Below, one piece after another: positions 27,928-36,940 of a stretch of DNA of 64,000 nucleotides. Source of the stretch: Bacteroidia bacterium (GTDB lineage Bacteria > Bacteroidota > Bacteroidia > SpSt-205); the NCBI GenBank assembly GCA_026003215.1, contig BPGV01000001.1:25570-89569 (forward strand), read 5' to 3'. The notes beneath the pieces were generated by a model, which was not told where the DNA came from, searched no databases, and saw only the letters and a program-made list of their open reading frames with translations. Position 1 is the first letter of the stretch. Each line of letters starts with the position of its first letter. The translations under genes were made by a program, and so were the position numbers.

Positions 27928-29006
27928 CGGGGTTTCCAGTTTTCTATGGAGAGTAGTACAAAAATAGGCTTGCCTACGATATGGTCTTCCGGCACAGGAC
28001 CCCAAAAGCGTCCATCTAAGGAGTTGTACCGGTTATCTCCCATAGCGAAGTAATAGTTTTGCTCAAAGGTATATTCGGTGCGTGGCTGGCCGTCTATGTA
28101 GATTTGGCCCGCCGCTACTTCTACTCTGTGGCCTTCGTAGGCTTCTATCAGACGGCGATAGAGGGTGAGGGTGTAGTGATTTAGGGAAATACGGTCTCCT
28201 TTGCGGGGAAGGTAAAAGGGCCCCCACTGGTCTAAGTTCCAGCGAAAGGCCGTATCGTGCGGGTACATCTGAGGTAGGTAATGCCCTACCGAATCAATCG
28301 CCCGACAAAAAGTATCTAATAATGAAGCGAAGTTTTTTTGGAAGGCCTGCGCTTGTTCTTCCGGCAGGTCTAATAGGTAAGTGCGGGCATCTACGGCTAT
28401 CCAGTTTCGGTTAGAGCTCTCCGGGGGGCGCAAGCCATATTTTTTGAGCACTCGGTAGGTGAGGGGTTCGCCTTGGGTGACGGCTTTGTAGCGTACTTGA
28501 TGGTAGCGCGGTTTATAGGCGGGCTTACCATTTACATAAAGGATCCCGTCTTTGATGAGGATAGTGTCGCCGGGGATGCCCACGCAACGTTTGACGTAGT
28601 TTTCTTTGAGGCTGGGGATGTATACGGGGCCGAGCTCGGGACTATTAGGCATGATGTCGTCTGCCGGGTAGTTGAAGACGATAATGTCATTTCGTTGGAT
28701 AGGCTTGAAGCCGGGCAGGCGCTTGTAGGGGAGCACAATCCAATCCAGATAGGAGGGAATAGAAGTGAAGGGAATACGATTGTGAATAAAGGGGATGGTG
28801 AGCGGCACCATAGGCAGGCGAGGGCCGTAGTGGAGCTTACTTACAAATACAAGGTCCCAGGCCATGAGGGTGCGTTCCATGGAGCTGGTGGGGATGAGAA
28901 AAGCTTCTACCATGAAGGTTCGCAAGAAAAGGATGATGGCCAAGGCGAGGATAAGCTCACGCCACCAGCGGCGGCGCCGAGCCCGCACTTCAGGGGTAGT
29001 CGTCAC
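27897..29006 (-). CDS. lepB: Signal peptidase I.
   Basis: N-terminal TM segment, catalytic Ser box ([10 protein letters not shown]), Lys box ([13 protein letters not shown]) and C-terminal [24 protein letters not shown]. Confidence 0.9.
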   Translation of the reverse strand: MTTTPEVRARRRRWWRELILALAIILFLRTFMVEAFLIPTSSMERTLMAWDLVFVSKLHYGPRLPMVPLTIPFIHNRIPFTSIPSYLDWIVLPYKRLPGFKPIQRNDIIVFNYPADDIMPNSPELGPVYIPSLKENYVKRCVGIPGDTILIKDGILYVNGKPAYKPRYHQVRYKAVTQGEPLTYRVLKKYGLRPPESSNRNWIAVDARTYLLDLPEEQAQAFQKNFASLLDTFCRAIDSVGHYLPQMYPHDTAFRWNLDQWGPFYLPRKGDRISLNHYTLTLYRRLIEAYEGHRVEVAAGQIYIDGQPRTEYTFEQNYYFAMGDNRYNSLDGRFWGPVPEDHIVGKPIFVLLSIENWKPRWDRFLRAVQ

Positions 29007-29043
29007 TGCGGCAAAGATAGCATAGACCTCCTACCTTTGGGAT

Positions 29044-30369
29044 ATGCGTGCCCTATCCTTGGGATGGCCTCTGCTCCTCCTCGCCCAGAAGGTCTCCCTG
29101 CAAGCCGGCCCAATGTTAGGCTATGCCCAGCTCCGCGAGGTAGCGATTTGGCTGCAAACCACGGCTCCCGCGCGGGTAGAAATAGAATACGCCGATACCG
29201 CTTCTCCCGGTGTGAAGTACAAAACCCTGCCACAACATACTGAAGCAGAAAAAGCTTATACGGCGGTTTTCCGCATAGGGCCTTTGACGCCGGGGCGAGT
29301 CTATGGCTATACCGTGTATTTGAATGGCAAACCCGCACAGCTTCCATATTCCACTTACTTTCGTACACTGCCGCAGTGGCGTTGGCGTACGGCCCCTCCG
29401 GACTTCCGGTTTGTCATGGGTAGCTGTGCTTACATAAACGACTCCTCCTACGATAGACCCGGCCAACCCTATGGGGGAGAATACGAGATTTTCCGCGCTA
29501 TCACGGCCCAGAAACCCGACTTTATGCTTTGGCTGGGCGATAATGTCTACCTCCGAGAAGCCGACTGGAATAGCCGAAGCGGCATCCTCTACCGTTACAC
29601 GCATACGCGTTCTCTCCCTGAGCTCCAGCCGCTCCTGGCCTTGTGTCCGCACTATGCGATATGGGATGACCACGACTTTGGGCCTAATGACGCCGATAGA
29701 GGCTTCTGGGCCAGAAACGTTACGCGGGAGGCTTTTACGCTCTTTTGGGCTAACCCCTCTTATGGGGTTGCCAGTGCACCGGAGGGGATTACGACCTTCT
29801 TTGAGTGGGGGGATGCGGACTTTTTCTTATTAGACAATCGCACCTACCGAGCTCCCAATAAGCGTACCACAGGCGACCGTTCCTTCCTCGGCACCGCTCA
29901 ACTGGAATGGCTTATAGACGCGCTCAAGTCCAGTCGCGCCACTTTCAAGTTTGTCGCCTGCGGCAGTCAAATCCTCAACCCCTCCCCCGGCTTCGAAAAC
30001 TTTATCAACTATGCTGCCGAACGGGAGACCCTCCTCAAACGCATAGAACAAGAAAATATATGGGGGGTTATATTCCTCACGGGCGATAGGCACTTTTCGG
30101 AAATATCGGTGCTCACCTTGCCAAATGGCCAAAAAGTGTATGACATTACTTCGTCTCCCCTGACGGCATCGCCTTTTCGGGAGGCACCCCAGCGCGACGC
30201 CAATCCTCTCCGGGTAGAAGGCACCCTTACGCCGGAACGAAACTTCCTCCTCCTCAGCGTCAGCGGTCCCGAAAAAGACCGCCAGCTTACCGTGAGTGCT
30301 TTCAACAGCCGTGGAGAGAAGCTCTGGGAACGCACTATTTCCGCTCGGGAGCTACGGGGGAAAAAATGA
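29044..30369 (+). CDS. phoD: Alkaline phosphatase D-like metallophosphoesterase (PhoD family).
   Basis: N-terminal PhoD_N-like domain and the metallophosphatase motifs LWLGDNVY, AIWDDHDFGPND and GDRHFSEI. Signal-like N-terminus. Confidence 0.8.
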   Translation: MRALSLGWPLLLLAQKVSLQAGPMLGYAQLREVAIWLQTTAPARVEIEYADTASPGVKYKTLPQHTEAEKAYTAVFRIGPLTPGRVYGYTVYLNGKPAQLPYSTYFRTLPQWRWRTAPPDFRFVMGSCAYINDSSYDRPGQPYGGEYEIFRAITAQKPDFMLWLGDNVYLREADWNSRSGILYRYTHTRSLPELQPLLALCPHYAIWDDHDFGPNDADRGFWARNVTREAFTLFWANPSYGVASAPEGITTFFEWGDADFFLLDNRTYRAPNKRTTGDRSFLGTAQLEWLIDALKSSRATFKFVACGSQILNPSPGFENFINYAAERETLLKRIEQENIWGVIFLTGDRHFSEISVLTLPNGQKVYDITSSPLTASPFREAPQRDANPLRVEGTLTPERNFLLLSVSGPEKDRQLTVSAFNSRGEKLWERTISARELRGKK

Positions 30370-30408
30370 GCATAACTATTCCCGATGTGATTTGGATTTT
30401 TCCGACAT

Positions 30409-32709
30409 TTGTCGTTTCTTAGGGGTATGAAACGGGCACAAAGCCACCAACCTCTCTCGCTGGGCTTTGTGCAACCTTTAGGTCTCCCACAGCGTATAAG
30501 GCATGTGCTACGAGTTTGCCTACTCATAGGGCTGGTGGGCCTAAGCTGGGCGGAGGGAACCCGCGAGCTTATGAATGGAAACTGCGCAAACTTTGGCTTT
30601 ATCCAAATCTGGGACAATAATGACCCTCTGCGGAACTTTGCTACCTATAACTGCCCCGAATACGCTCGCTTGTATGTACGTGTAGCGGGTGGCGAACGCA
30701 TCTATATGGGGTTCCATGTCATTAATCCTGCTAATGGTAATCCTATCGGCGATGTATACATGCGTTTGAAGGACCCAAATGGAAATGTGGTATTTGGCCC
30801 TATTAACCTCAATAACGGCATGGCGGCAGGCTGGATAAACACCTGTGCGCAAGCTATGGCCGGCCCGGCAGCGCTCACGCCTGGTGGGTATAATGCGCTT
30901 GTCTACAATGTACCTGCCGGCCTTGGGGGAAACTACTACATAGAGTTTGCTGTCAACAACAATCCTACGCTGTATCAAGTGCGACAGTTTCGATGGTTTG
31001 ATGTCACGGTAGCCCGTTGGAACGGCACCCAGTGGGTGGAGCGACGCGGACGCCTATGGAGCCGCAAGTGGGACTTCACTACCCGAGGGGCGAATAACCC
31101 TTTTGTAGGCACGCTCTACACCTATTCCACGGATTCGGTGGTGACGAGTTTCAACTTCAACGGGATGCGTCCCTGGGGGTTTGAGGTCAGCTGCAACTCT
31201 TTTGGCGCTTCTAATGTAGGCACGCCGCAGCAGCGTCGCCGCTCCGACTACCGTCAAAATATCCTCAACGCCGGGGGAATCCCCGCTGCCCCGGAGTATC
31301 CCGTCTTTCTTAATGACCCTGACCCCGAGTTTTATCCCACAGGTATCGTCGCCAGCGTAGATTCTTTTTCGGTCATTCCTTGTACCGAAATGAGCTATTG
31401 CATCTATGTTTCGCTCTCCAAGCCCGGCCAAGTGTCGGTGACCTTGACCTTTCCCAATACTTCCTACGTTCCCCGTACCTTCATTGAGAACCTCAACGCT
31501 GGCCCGAACTGTATCCCCTGGGATGGCACCGACGGCAATGGTATCCCTGTGGCTAACGGTACCACCGTAAATGCTCAGCTGGACTTTTTTACGGGACTTA
31601 CCCACCTTCCCCTCGTAGATGTGGAACACCACAACAATGGCTTTAGGGTCTTCTTAGTGCGTCCTACGACCCGGCCGAATGGGACCCCGCTCCCTGACCC
31701 GCGTGTGTATTGGGATGACATCCTGCTGAATGACCCCGTCAATTCCTTGGACGGTGTGCAAAACCTCACGGGATGCCAGCCTACCCCAGCTTTGGGCTGC
31801 CACCGCTGGCAAAACCGCGGTACCAATAACGCCAATCCTGAGGTCATCAATACCTGGTGGTATACCAATACCGAGCAGCATACCTTTGTTCTGAATATAG
31901 ACCCTAACAAATGGCGGATTTTCTCGGAAATCCTCAACTGTGGTGGACCTAATGGCGTACAGATTCATTTTTGGTTTTGGCATGAGATACCTTTCTCTTC
32001 TGTCTCGTGGAATATCTCTACCAATCCGCCGGGCCTTTTAGGCACTCCTAACCCTCCTACTGTGGATAGTACGACCGACCCCAACTGGACCCATGTGTGG
32101 GTTACCTATCCGATTGTGGGTAATGGCTCTAATGTTACGATTACTTTCCAGGTGAGTGCGGTTTCCAGTAAGTATCCTTATTGTCAAGACCAAGCTACCC
32201 TAAGCTGTACGGTGCTGCCTGTGGTGTGGGCACAAGAGCTGGAAGGGCGCGCCTATCCCGGCTATAATGCGCTCTACTGGGCCACTGCGGTGGAAGAAGG
32301 TATTCAAGGCTTTTGGGTAGAGCGGGCTGTGGATAATGGGCCTTTTGAGACGCTCCGTTTTATCCCTTCTCAGGGACGCGGCCAGGCCTATCACCTGCGT
32401 GATGACAATCCCCCGCCTGCTGCTCGCTGGTGGTATCGTCTCCGCATAGAGGAAGCCGGCCTGCCCCCGGTGTATTCCCGCACCGTAGAACTACTATCTC
32501 AGGAGCAGGGCCCGCAAATAACCATCGCTGCGGATGCGCGGATGCTCCACCTGTATAGTCCTGAGCCCCTCCTCGTTGAAGTCTATACCCTCTTAGGTCA
32601 GCAGGTATGGCAGGCAGAGCTAACCACCGGTAGCTACACTTTACCCCTGCCGTCAGGGGCTTACCTCTTGCGTGCAGGCTCAGTAGTGCGCCGCTTTTTC
32701 CTGCCTTAG
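30409..32709 (+). CDS. Large secreted hypothetical protein carrying a T9SS type-A (Por_Secre_tail) C-terminal sorting domain.
   Basis: Signal-like N-terminus (VLRVCLLIGLVGLSWAEG). The product is 766 aa with no recognised catalytic domain. The C-terminus ...PLLVEVYTLLGQQVWQAELTTGSYTLPLPSGAYLLRAGSVVRRFFLP matches the TIGR04183-type CTD. Confidence 0.75.
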   Translation: MSFLRGMKRAQSHQPLSLGFVQPLGLPQRIRHVLRVCLLIGLVGLSWAEGTRELMNGNCANFGFIQIWDNNDPLRNFATYNCPEYARLYVRVAGGERIYMGFHVINPANGNPIGDVYMRLKDPNGNVVFGPINLNNGMAAGWINTCAQAMAGPAALTPGGYNALVYNVPAGLGGNYYIEFAVNNNPTLYQVRQFRWFDVTVARWNGTQWVERRGRLWSRKWDFTTRGANNPFVGTLYTYSTDSVVTSFNFNGMRPWGFEVSCNSFGASNVGTPQQRRRSDYRQNILNAGGIPAAPEYPVFLNDPDPEFYPTGIVASVDSFSVIPCTEMSYCIYVSLSKPGQVSVTLTFPNTSYVPRTFIENLNAGPNCIPWDGTDGNGIPVANGTTVNAQLDFFTGLTHLPLVDVEHHNNGFRVFLVRPTTRPNGTPLPDPRVYWDDILLNDPVNSLDGVQNLTGCQPTPALGCHRWQNRGTNNANPEVINTWWYTNTEQHTFVLNIDPNKWRIFSEILNCGGPNGVQIHFWFWHEIPFSSVSWNISTNPPGLLGTPNPPTVDSTTDPNWTHVWVTYPIVGNGSNVTITFQVSAVSSKYPYCQDQATLSCTVLPVVWAQELEGRAYPGYNALYWATAVEEGIQGFWVERAVDNGPFETLRFIPSQGRGQAYHLRDDNPPPAARWWYRLRIEEAGLPPVYSRTVELLSQEQGPQITIAADARMLHLYSPEPLLVEVYTLLGQQVWQAELTTGSYTLPLPSGAYLLRAGSVVRRFFLP

Positions 32710-33512
32710 AGGGGAAACTCCTCTGCTTTCTCTGTCGGGGAGAAAGACAAACTCGGCTGCCCTTCTTGTCGGAGCCGCTCCATAGCTAAGCCGCAATAAG
32801 AAGGGCTTATTTCTATACCTATGCCTCTCCGATGCGTCTGAAGGGCCGCCAAGAGGGTCGTGCCGCTCCCTACAAAAGGATCCAATACCACATTGCCTAC
32901 ATAGCTGAAAAGTTTTATGCATCTTTTCGGCAGCTCAATAGGAAAAGGCGCAGGGTGGCCGGTTCGCTTTTTACTTTCCCCGCTAAAGGTCCAAAGCCCA
33001 TTCGTCCATTCTATAAACTCTTCTCGGGAGATGTCTGAGGGGCCTGGGCGGAGTTTTCGCCAGCTTTGTTTGTAGAGGACGAGGATAACCTCCACGGGGG
33101 CAATCACGTAGGGGGCAGAGGCGCTAAGCCAAGAGCCCCACGCTGTGCGACGAGAGATATTCCCTTCGTTCCATATGATAGTGGCATGGTAACCATACCC
33201 TACTTTCTTCGCGAGGGTGGTGAGGTCAGCGGCGATACTTTGCGCTCCGCCCTTGTTGGTGTCTAAGGGGACATTGAGGCATAAGCGGCCATCGGGTTTG
33301 AGCCATTCCCAAGCCCGCCTTAGCCACTGCTCCTGAAAGGCTAAGTATGTTTCATACGGGAGGTTATCGGGATTATCGGCATAAGGTAGGTCTAAGTTGT
33401 AGGGAGGAGAGGTTACAATAAGGTCTATGGAAGCGGGCTCTATCAGCGTGGTTTTTAGGCTATCATCGCAAATCAAGCGTACAAAAGGCGTATCTAAAAC
33501 CACGCCCTGCAT
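32706..33512 (-). CDS. Site-specific DNA methyltransferase, beta-class amino-MTase (N4-cytosine or N6-adenine), an apparent orphan.
   Basis: Motif IV SPPY is near the N-terminus (IDLIVTSPPYNL) and motif I DPFVGSGTT is near the C-terminus. This order defines the beta class. No restriction-endonuclease-like ORF is adjacent. The GC content is somewhat lower than in the flanking genes. Confidence 0.8.
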   Translation of the reverse strand: MQGVVLDTPFVRLICDDSLKTTLIEPASIDLIVTSPPYNLDLPYADNPDNLPYETYLAFQEQWLRRAWEWLKPDGRLCLNVPLDTNKGGAQSIAADLTTLAKKVGYGYHATIIWNEGNISRRTAWGSWLSASAPYVIAPVEVILVLYKQSWRKLRPGPSDISREEFIEWTNGLWTFSGESKKRTGHPAPFPIELPKRCIKLFSYVGNVVLDPFVGSGTTLLAALQTHRRGIGIEISPSYCGLAMERLRQEGQPSLSFSPTEKAEEFPL

Positions 33513-33540
33513 GAGGAAAGAGAAAAGTAGAGATTTTCGC

Positions 33541-34173
33541 TCATTCCTGAGGCAGTAAAGCTAAGAGTTCGCGGGCGATGGTGCGAGGGTCGTCTGCGGT
33601 GCAGAAGGCGGAAAGAACGGCTACCCCGTGGAGTTTGGGGATAGCGCGAAAGAGCTCAGCGGCGCGCGGGGGCGTAATGCCCCCAATCGCAATCACCGGC
33701 TGCGTTATCGCCTCTACAAACTGCCGAAGGCCCTCTATGCCCAGCGGAGGGCGACCCACGTCCTTGGTCTGCGTTTCAAAGACAGGCCCTACGCCTACAT
33801 ACGCAATCGGCAGGTGTCGGATAGCTTGGTACCTTTCCAAGGAATGTACCGTCGCGCCAATAAGCGTGAAAGCCGGTAAGCGGTGGAGCGCCTCTTCAAT
33901 CGGCATGTCGGACTCCCCCAGATGGACACCCGTGGCGCCAATCTCTGCGGCTACTTCTACTAAGTCGTTGATGATAAGCTGGGTGTGGTACTGGCGCGCC
34001 AAAGCCGCTATTTTTTTCAGCTCCTCAAGGTGCTTTTCGGGGGTGAAGGCTTTTTCTCGGTATTGGAGGGTGGGTATGCCTTCTGCTATGGCCATTTGGG
34101 CCAGCTCATAGTGAGAATAGCGGGTCTGAAGGTGGGTATCGGTGAGGATGTGTATGCGTCCTATGCGAAGCAT
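33541..34173 (-). CDS. thiE: Thiamine-phosphate synthase.
   Basis: TIM-barrel ThiE blocks: HILTDTHLQ, LQYREK, IINDLVEVAAEIGATGVHLGESD and VGVGPVFETQTK. Confidence 0.9.
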   Translation of the reverse strand: MLRIGRIHILTDTHLQTRYSHYELAQMAIAEGIPTLQYREKAFTPEKHLEELKKIAALARQYHTQLIINDLVEVAAEIGATGVHLGESDMPIEEALHRLPAFTLIGATVHSLERYQAIRHLPIAYVGVGPVFETQTKDVGRPPLGIEGLRQFVEAITQPVIAIGGITPPRAAELFRAIPKLHGVAVLSAFCTADDPRTIARELLALLPQE

Positions 34174-34185
34174 TAGCCAAAAATA

Positions 34186-34866
34186 CTACATATTTAGGTA
34201 GCGTAAAAGTGCATTCAGTTGGTCACGGGCTTGTTTTTCCATGAGTCTATCGCCGTGGATAGCGGCGAGGTGGTAGCCTTTTCGTTCAAGGAGTTCTATT
34301 ACTCGGGTGAGGTAGATGCTATTGACTTTCAGGACAATGTAGGTTTTTTGTAGGTCTTTATCGTGTTTTAGGAGATAGGCGGAGAGTATCCGTATTTCGT
34401 CGCTTTCTAAGATTTGGGCTATTTCGGCGAGGCTGTAGTTGTGGAGGTAAGTTTCTAAGATGAGGACGGCGCCGGGTTCTTGTACAGCGCCGAGGTGGCT
34501 CCACCAGCGTACGAGGCTATCGGTAGTGATGAGGCCGAGGTAGTGGTTTTCGTCGTCTGTGACGGCGATTTCGGGGGTTTTGTGGGCTTCCATCTCTTGG
34601 AGGGCATCGTAAATGGTGGCATAGGGTGGAAGAGCGGGATGAGTGTGGTAGGGGAGTGTGCCCACCGGCGTATCAGGCGTCACCCGCAGAAGGGAACGCT
34701 TAGGGAAGAGCCCCAGATATTCATTTTGGTCAGAGAGCAAGGGGAGGTGATAGAGGCGGGGATGGCGGGAAAAGGTATGGCGGGCGGTCTGCGCCGTATC
34801 CGCGGGGTGTAAGGCTACCTTCCGGTACCGAAGGAGCGGAAGTACTGTCAGATTAGCTCGGTTCAT
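34186..34866 (-). CDS. CBS-domain pair protein (AcuB-like), about 226 aa.
   Basis: Two CBS-like segments. The start is taken at MNRANLTV..., coupled (ATGA) to the upstream gene. The longer ORF-track version overlaps the neighbour by 180 nt. Confidence 0.6.
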   Translation of the reverse strand: MNRANLTVLPLLRYRKVALHPADTAQTARHTFSRHPRLYHLPLLSDQNEYLGLFPKRSLLRVTPDTPVGTLPYHTHPALPPYATIYDALQEMEAHKTPEIAVTDDENHYLGLITTDSLVRWWSHLGAVQEPGAVLILETYLHNYSLAEIAQILESDEIRILSAYLLKHDKDLQKTYIVLKVNSIYLTRVIELLERKGYHLAAIHGDRLMEKQARDQLNALLRYLNM

Positions 34867-35675
34867 AGGGGAAGCTCTTGCAAAAATCGCAGCAAAGCGG
34901 CATGGAAGCGTTCGGGCTGCTCCATCATGGGGGCATGGCCGCATTCCTCTATGAAGGCTAAATAGGCATTCGGGAGGAGCCGATAAAAGGCATAGGCCAC
35001 CGCTACAGGCGTTATGGTATCGTTGAGCCCCCATATGAGACACGTAGGGGTAGTAATCTCAGGCAGCCAAGGGCCTACGAAGTTCCGTTGGGCATCGCGC
35101 GCGATCTTGAGGACCCGGAGGGCTTTGTAGTTATCGGTGACAATCTGATAAACTTCATCAATAAGCTCAGGGGTAGCGTGACGCGGGTCGTAAAAGGTGA
35201 AGCGTACTTTTTCGGCTACATAATCTCGGCTGCTGCGTTTGGGGAATGTGTTTCCCATGCCTTCTTCAAAGAGGCCGGAGCTGCCTGTAAGTACCAGGGC
35301 GCGTACGGCTTGGGGCGTTTGGCGCGCCACGAGGAGGGCTAAATGGCCTCCCAACGAGTTGCCCATCCATACGGCGGGTGGGAGCTTCTCCCCTTCGTAA
35401 AAGGCCAAGAGATACCTTAGAAGCCCTTCCAACGAAGGCTCCACTGAGCTTTTCTCATAGATAGGGAGGAGGGGCACATATAAGGCATACTGGTCTCCCA
35501 GCGCGTGGAGGGTTGCATCCCAGTTGCTGAGGGCGCCAAAGAGGCCATGCACTAAGATGATGGGGGGGCCGTGGGGATTGCCGCCAAACGCATAAGCATA
35601 CTCGGCTTTGCGGAGGGTTTGCCACCTGGGCTGAGCGGTGGCTACTCGGAGGGCTTCCATAGGTATCTTAAACAC
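34863..35675 (-). CDS. Alpha/beta-fold hydrolase.
   Basis: HGLFGALSNW...GNSLGGHLALLVA (nucleophile elbow GxSxG) ...ECGHAPMMEQPERF (catalytic His). Confidence 0.8.
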   Translation of the reverse strand: MFKIPMEALRVATAQPRWQTLRKAEYAYAFGGNPHGPPIILVHGLFGALSNWDATLHALGDQYALYVPLLPIYEKSSVEPSLEGLLRYLLAFYEGEKLPPAVWMGNSLGGHLALLVARQTPQAVRALVLTGSSGLFEEGMGNTFPKRSSRDYVAEKVRFTFYDPRHATPELIDEVYQIVTDNYKALRVLKIARDAQRNFVGPWLPEITTPTCLIWGLNDTITPVAVAYAFYRLLPNAYLAFIEECGHAPMMEQPERFHAALLRFLQELPL

Positions 35676-36267
35676 TTTCCTGAGGGGTATGTGTCAGTAC
35701 TAAGGACAACCAAGCGCGTAGAAGCATACCTCCATGCGGGGTGAGAATAGAGTCCGGATGAAACTGCAGCCCCCACAAGGGATACTCTGGGTGTCGTACG
35801 GCCATACAATGGCCTTCGGCATCCTGCGCGATCACTTCCAAGGGGGCAGGGACATGGCTGGCGTGCAAAGCATGATACAAGCCCACAGGTAAGGGATTAG
35901 GCAGCCCTGCAAATAGGCCTACCCCGGTGTGGTAAATCTCCTTTTGAATGCCAAAGTAAGGGCGCTCCATGGGTTCTATCACGCCCCCGTGGGCATACAC
36001 AATGTACTGATGCCCCAGACAAATGCCCAGCATGGGTATATGCAAAACGGGGGGCAGGAAAGGCGGTAAGAGTTCGCTGATGAGGGAAGGATGGCCTGGC
36101 CCTGGCCCTATGAGGATACCTGACCACGGATAGTGAAAAATCTCTGCAGGAAGGAGCTTCTCTATGGGACGAATAGCTACTTTTGCTCCTACTGTTTCTA
36201 AAAGCGCTGCTATATTGTAAGTGAAAGAGTCATAGTTGTCTATCAGGAGGATGTGGGGTGTAGTCAT
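35668..36267 (-). CDS. pabA: Glutamine amidotransferase component of anthranilate or aminodeoxychorismate synthase.
   Basis: ILLIDNYDSFTYNI...PMLGICLGHQ...GLQFHPDS is a class-I GATase triad. Its context beside other cofactor genes suggests PabA or TrpG. Confidence 0.85.
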   Translation of the reverse strand: MTTPHILLIDNYDSFTYNIAALLETVGAKVAIRPIEKLLPAEIFHYPWSGILIGPGPGHPSLISELLPPFLPPVLHIPMLGICLGHQYIVYAHGGVIEPMERPYFGIQKEIYHTGVGLFAGLPNPLPVGLYHALHASHVPAPLEVIAQDAEGHCMAVRHPEYPLWGLQFHPDSILTPHGGMLLRAWLSLVLTHTPQESV

Positions 36268-36734
36268 AGTTCCCGCAGGAGGACAGTTAGGGGGACCTCC
36301 TCTTTGTGGATGGCTTTGAGTTTGCCGCTGCGGTCATATACGTAAATAGTAGGCGCTACGCTATACCCAAAAAAGCTGTCAAACTTGAAATCCTTGTCGC
36401 GTAAGACATAGATGGAGGGGACTCCTTTGAGGTAGGTTTCTTGAAACTTTTTTATAGCGTCTGCGGTCTCGGTAGAAACCCACAGGGATTGGATGCCCTT
36501 GAGGGCAGCGGCATTTTCGCGGAAGAAGGTGGCTTGTTTTTGGCAGTGGTCACAGTAAGGGTCAAAAAAGATAACGATGCGTCCTCGCTCAGCTGGGGGT
36601 AAGTTCTTGTCGGTGAAGGGCCTGCCTTCCAGGTCGTACAAAAGGAACTTAGGGAAGGTTTGGGCGGGGGGATATTTTTCGGGCTGGGCCCATACCCAAG
36701 AGAGCGTCACTAAGGTGAGTGCTACCGAGCGCAT
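36264..36734 (-). CDS. Secreted thiol-disulfide oxidoreductase of the TlpA/ResA-like redoxin type.
   Basis: Signal peptide MRSVALTLVTLSWVWAQ. The CxxC motif is FFDPYCDHCQKQ. Confidence 0.75.
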   Translation of the reverse strand: MRSVALTLVTLSWVWAQPEKYPPAQTFPKFLLYDLEGRPFTDKNLPPAERGRIVIFFDPYCDHCQKQATFFRENAAALKGIQSLWVSTETADAIKKFQETYLKGVPSIYVLRDKDFKFDSFFGYSVAPTIYVYDRSGKLKAIHKEEVPLTVLLREL

Positions 36735-36940
36735 AGGTCAAAGGTAGGCAAAAATCCCGCCAAAAGCGCATCATAGCGAAGAGAAGGTACAGGGGAGAGC
36801 TTTACGGGTGCGGCGACTCTACATGGGAGCTTTAGCCTCGTAAAAGGCTTATCCTGGAGGGCAGGCGGTCTATCGGGCGACTTTAGAGAATCTGGTAGCG
36901 GATGTAGGAAAGGCTACGGTTGTAGGCGTATCTTTGCCGG

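Noticed and set aside
33578-34111. 177-aa plus-strand ORF
   Set aside because: It is entirely antisense to thiE, which has unmistakable family motifs.
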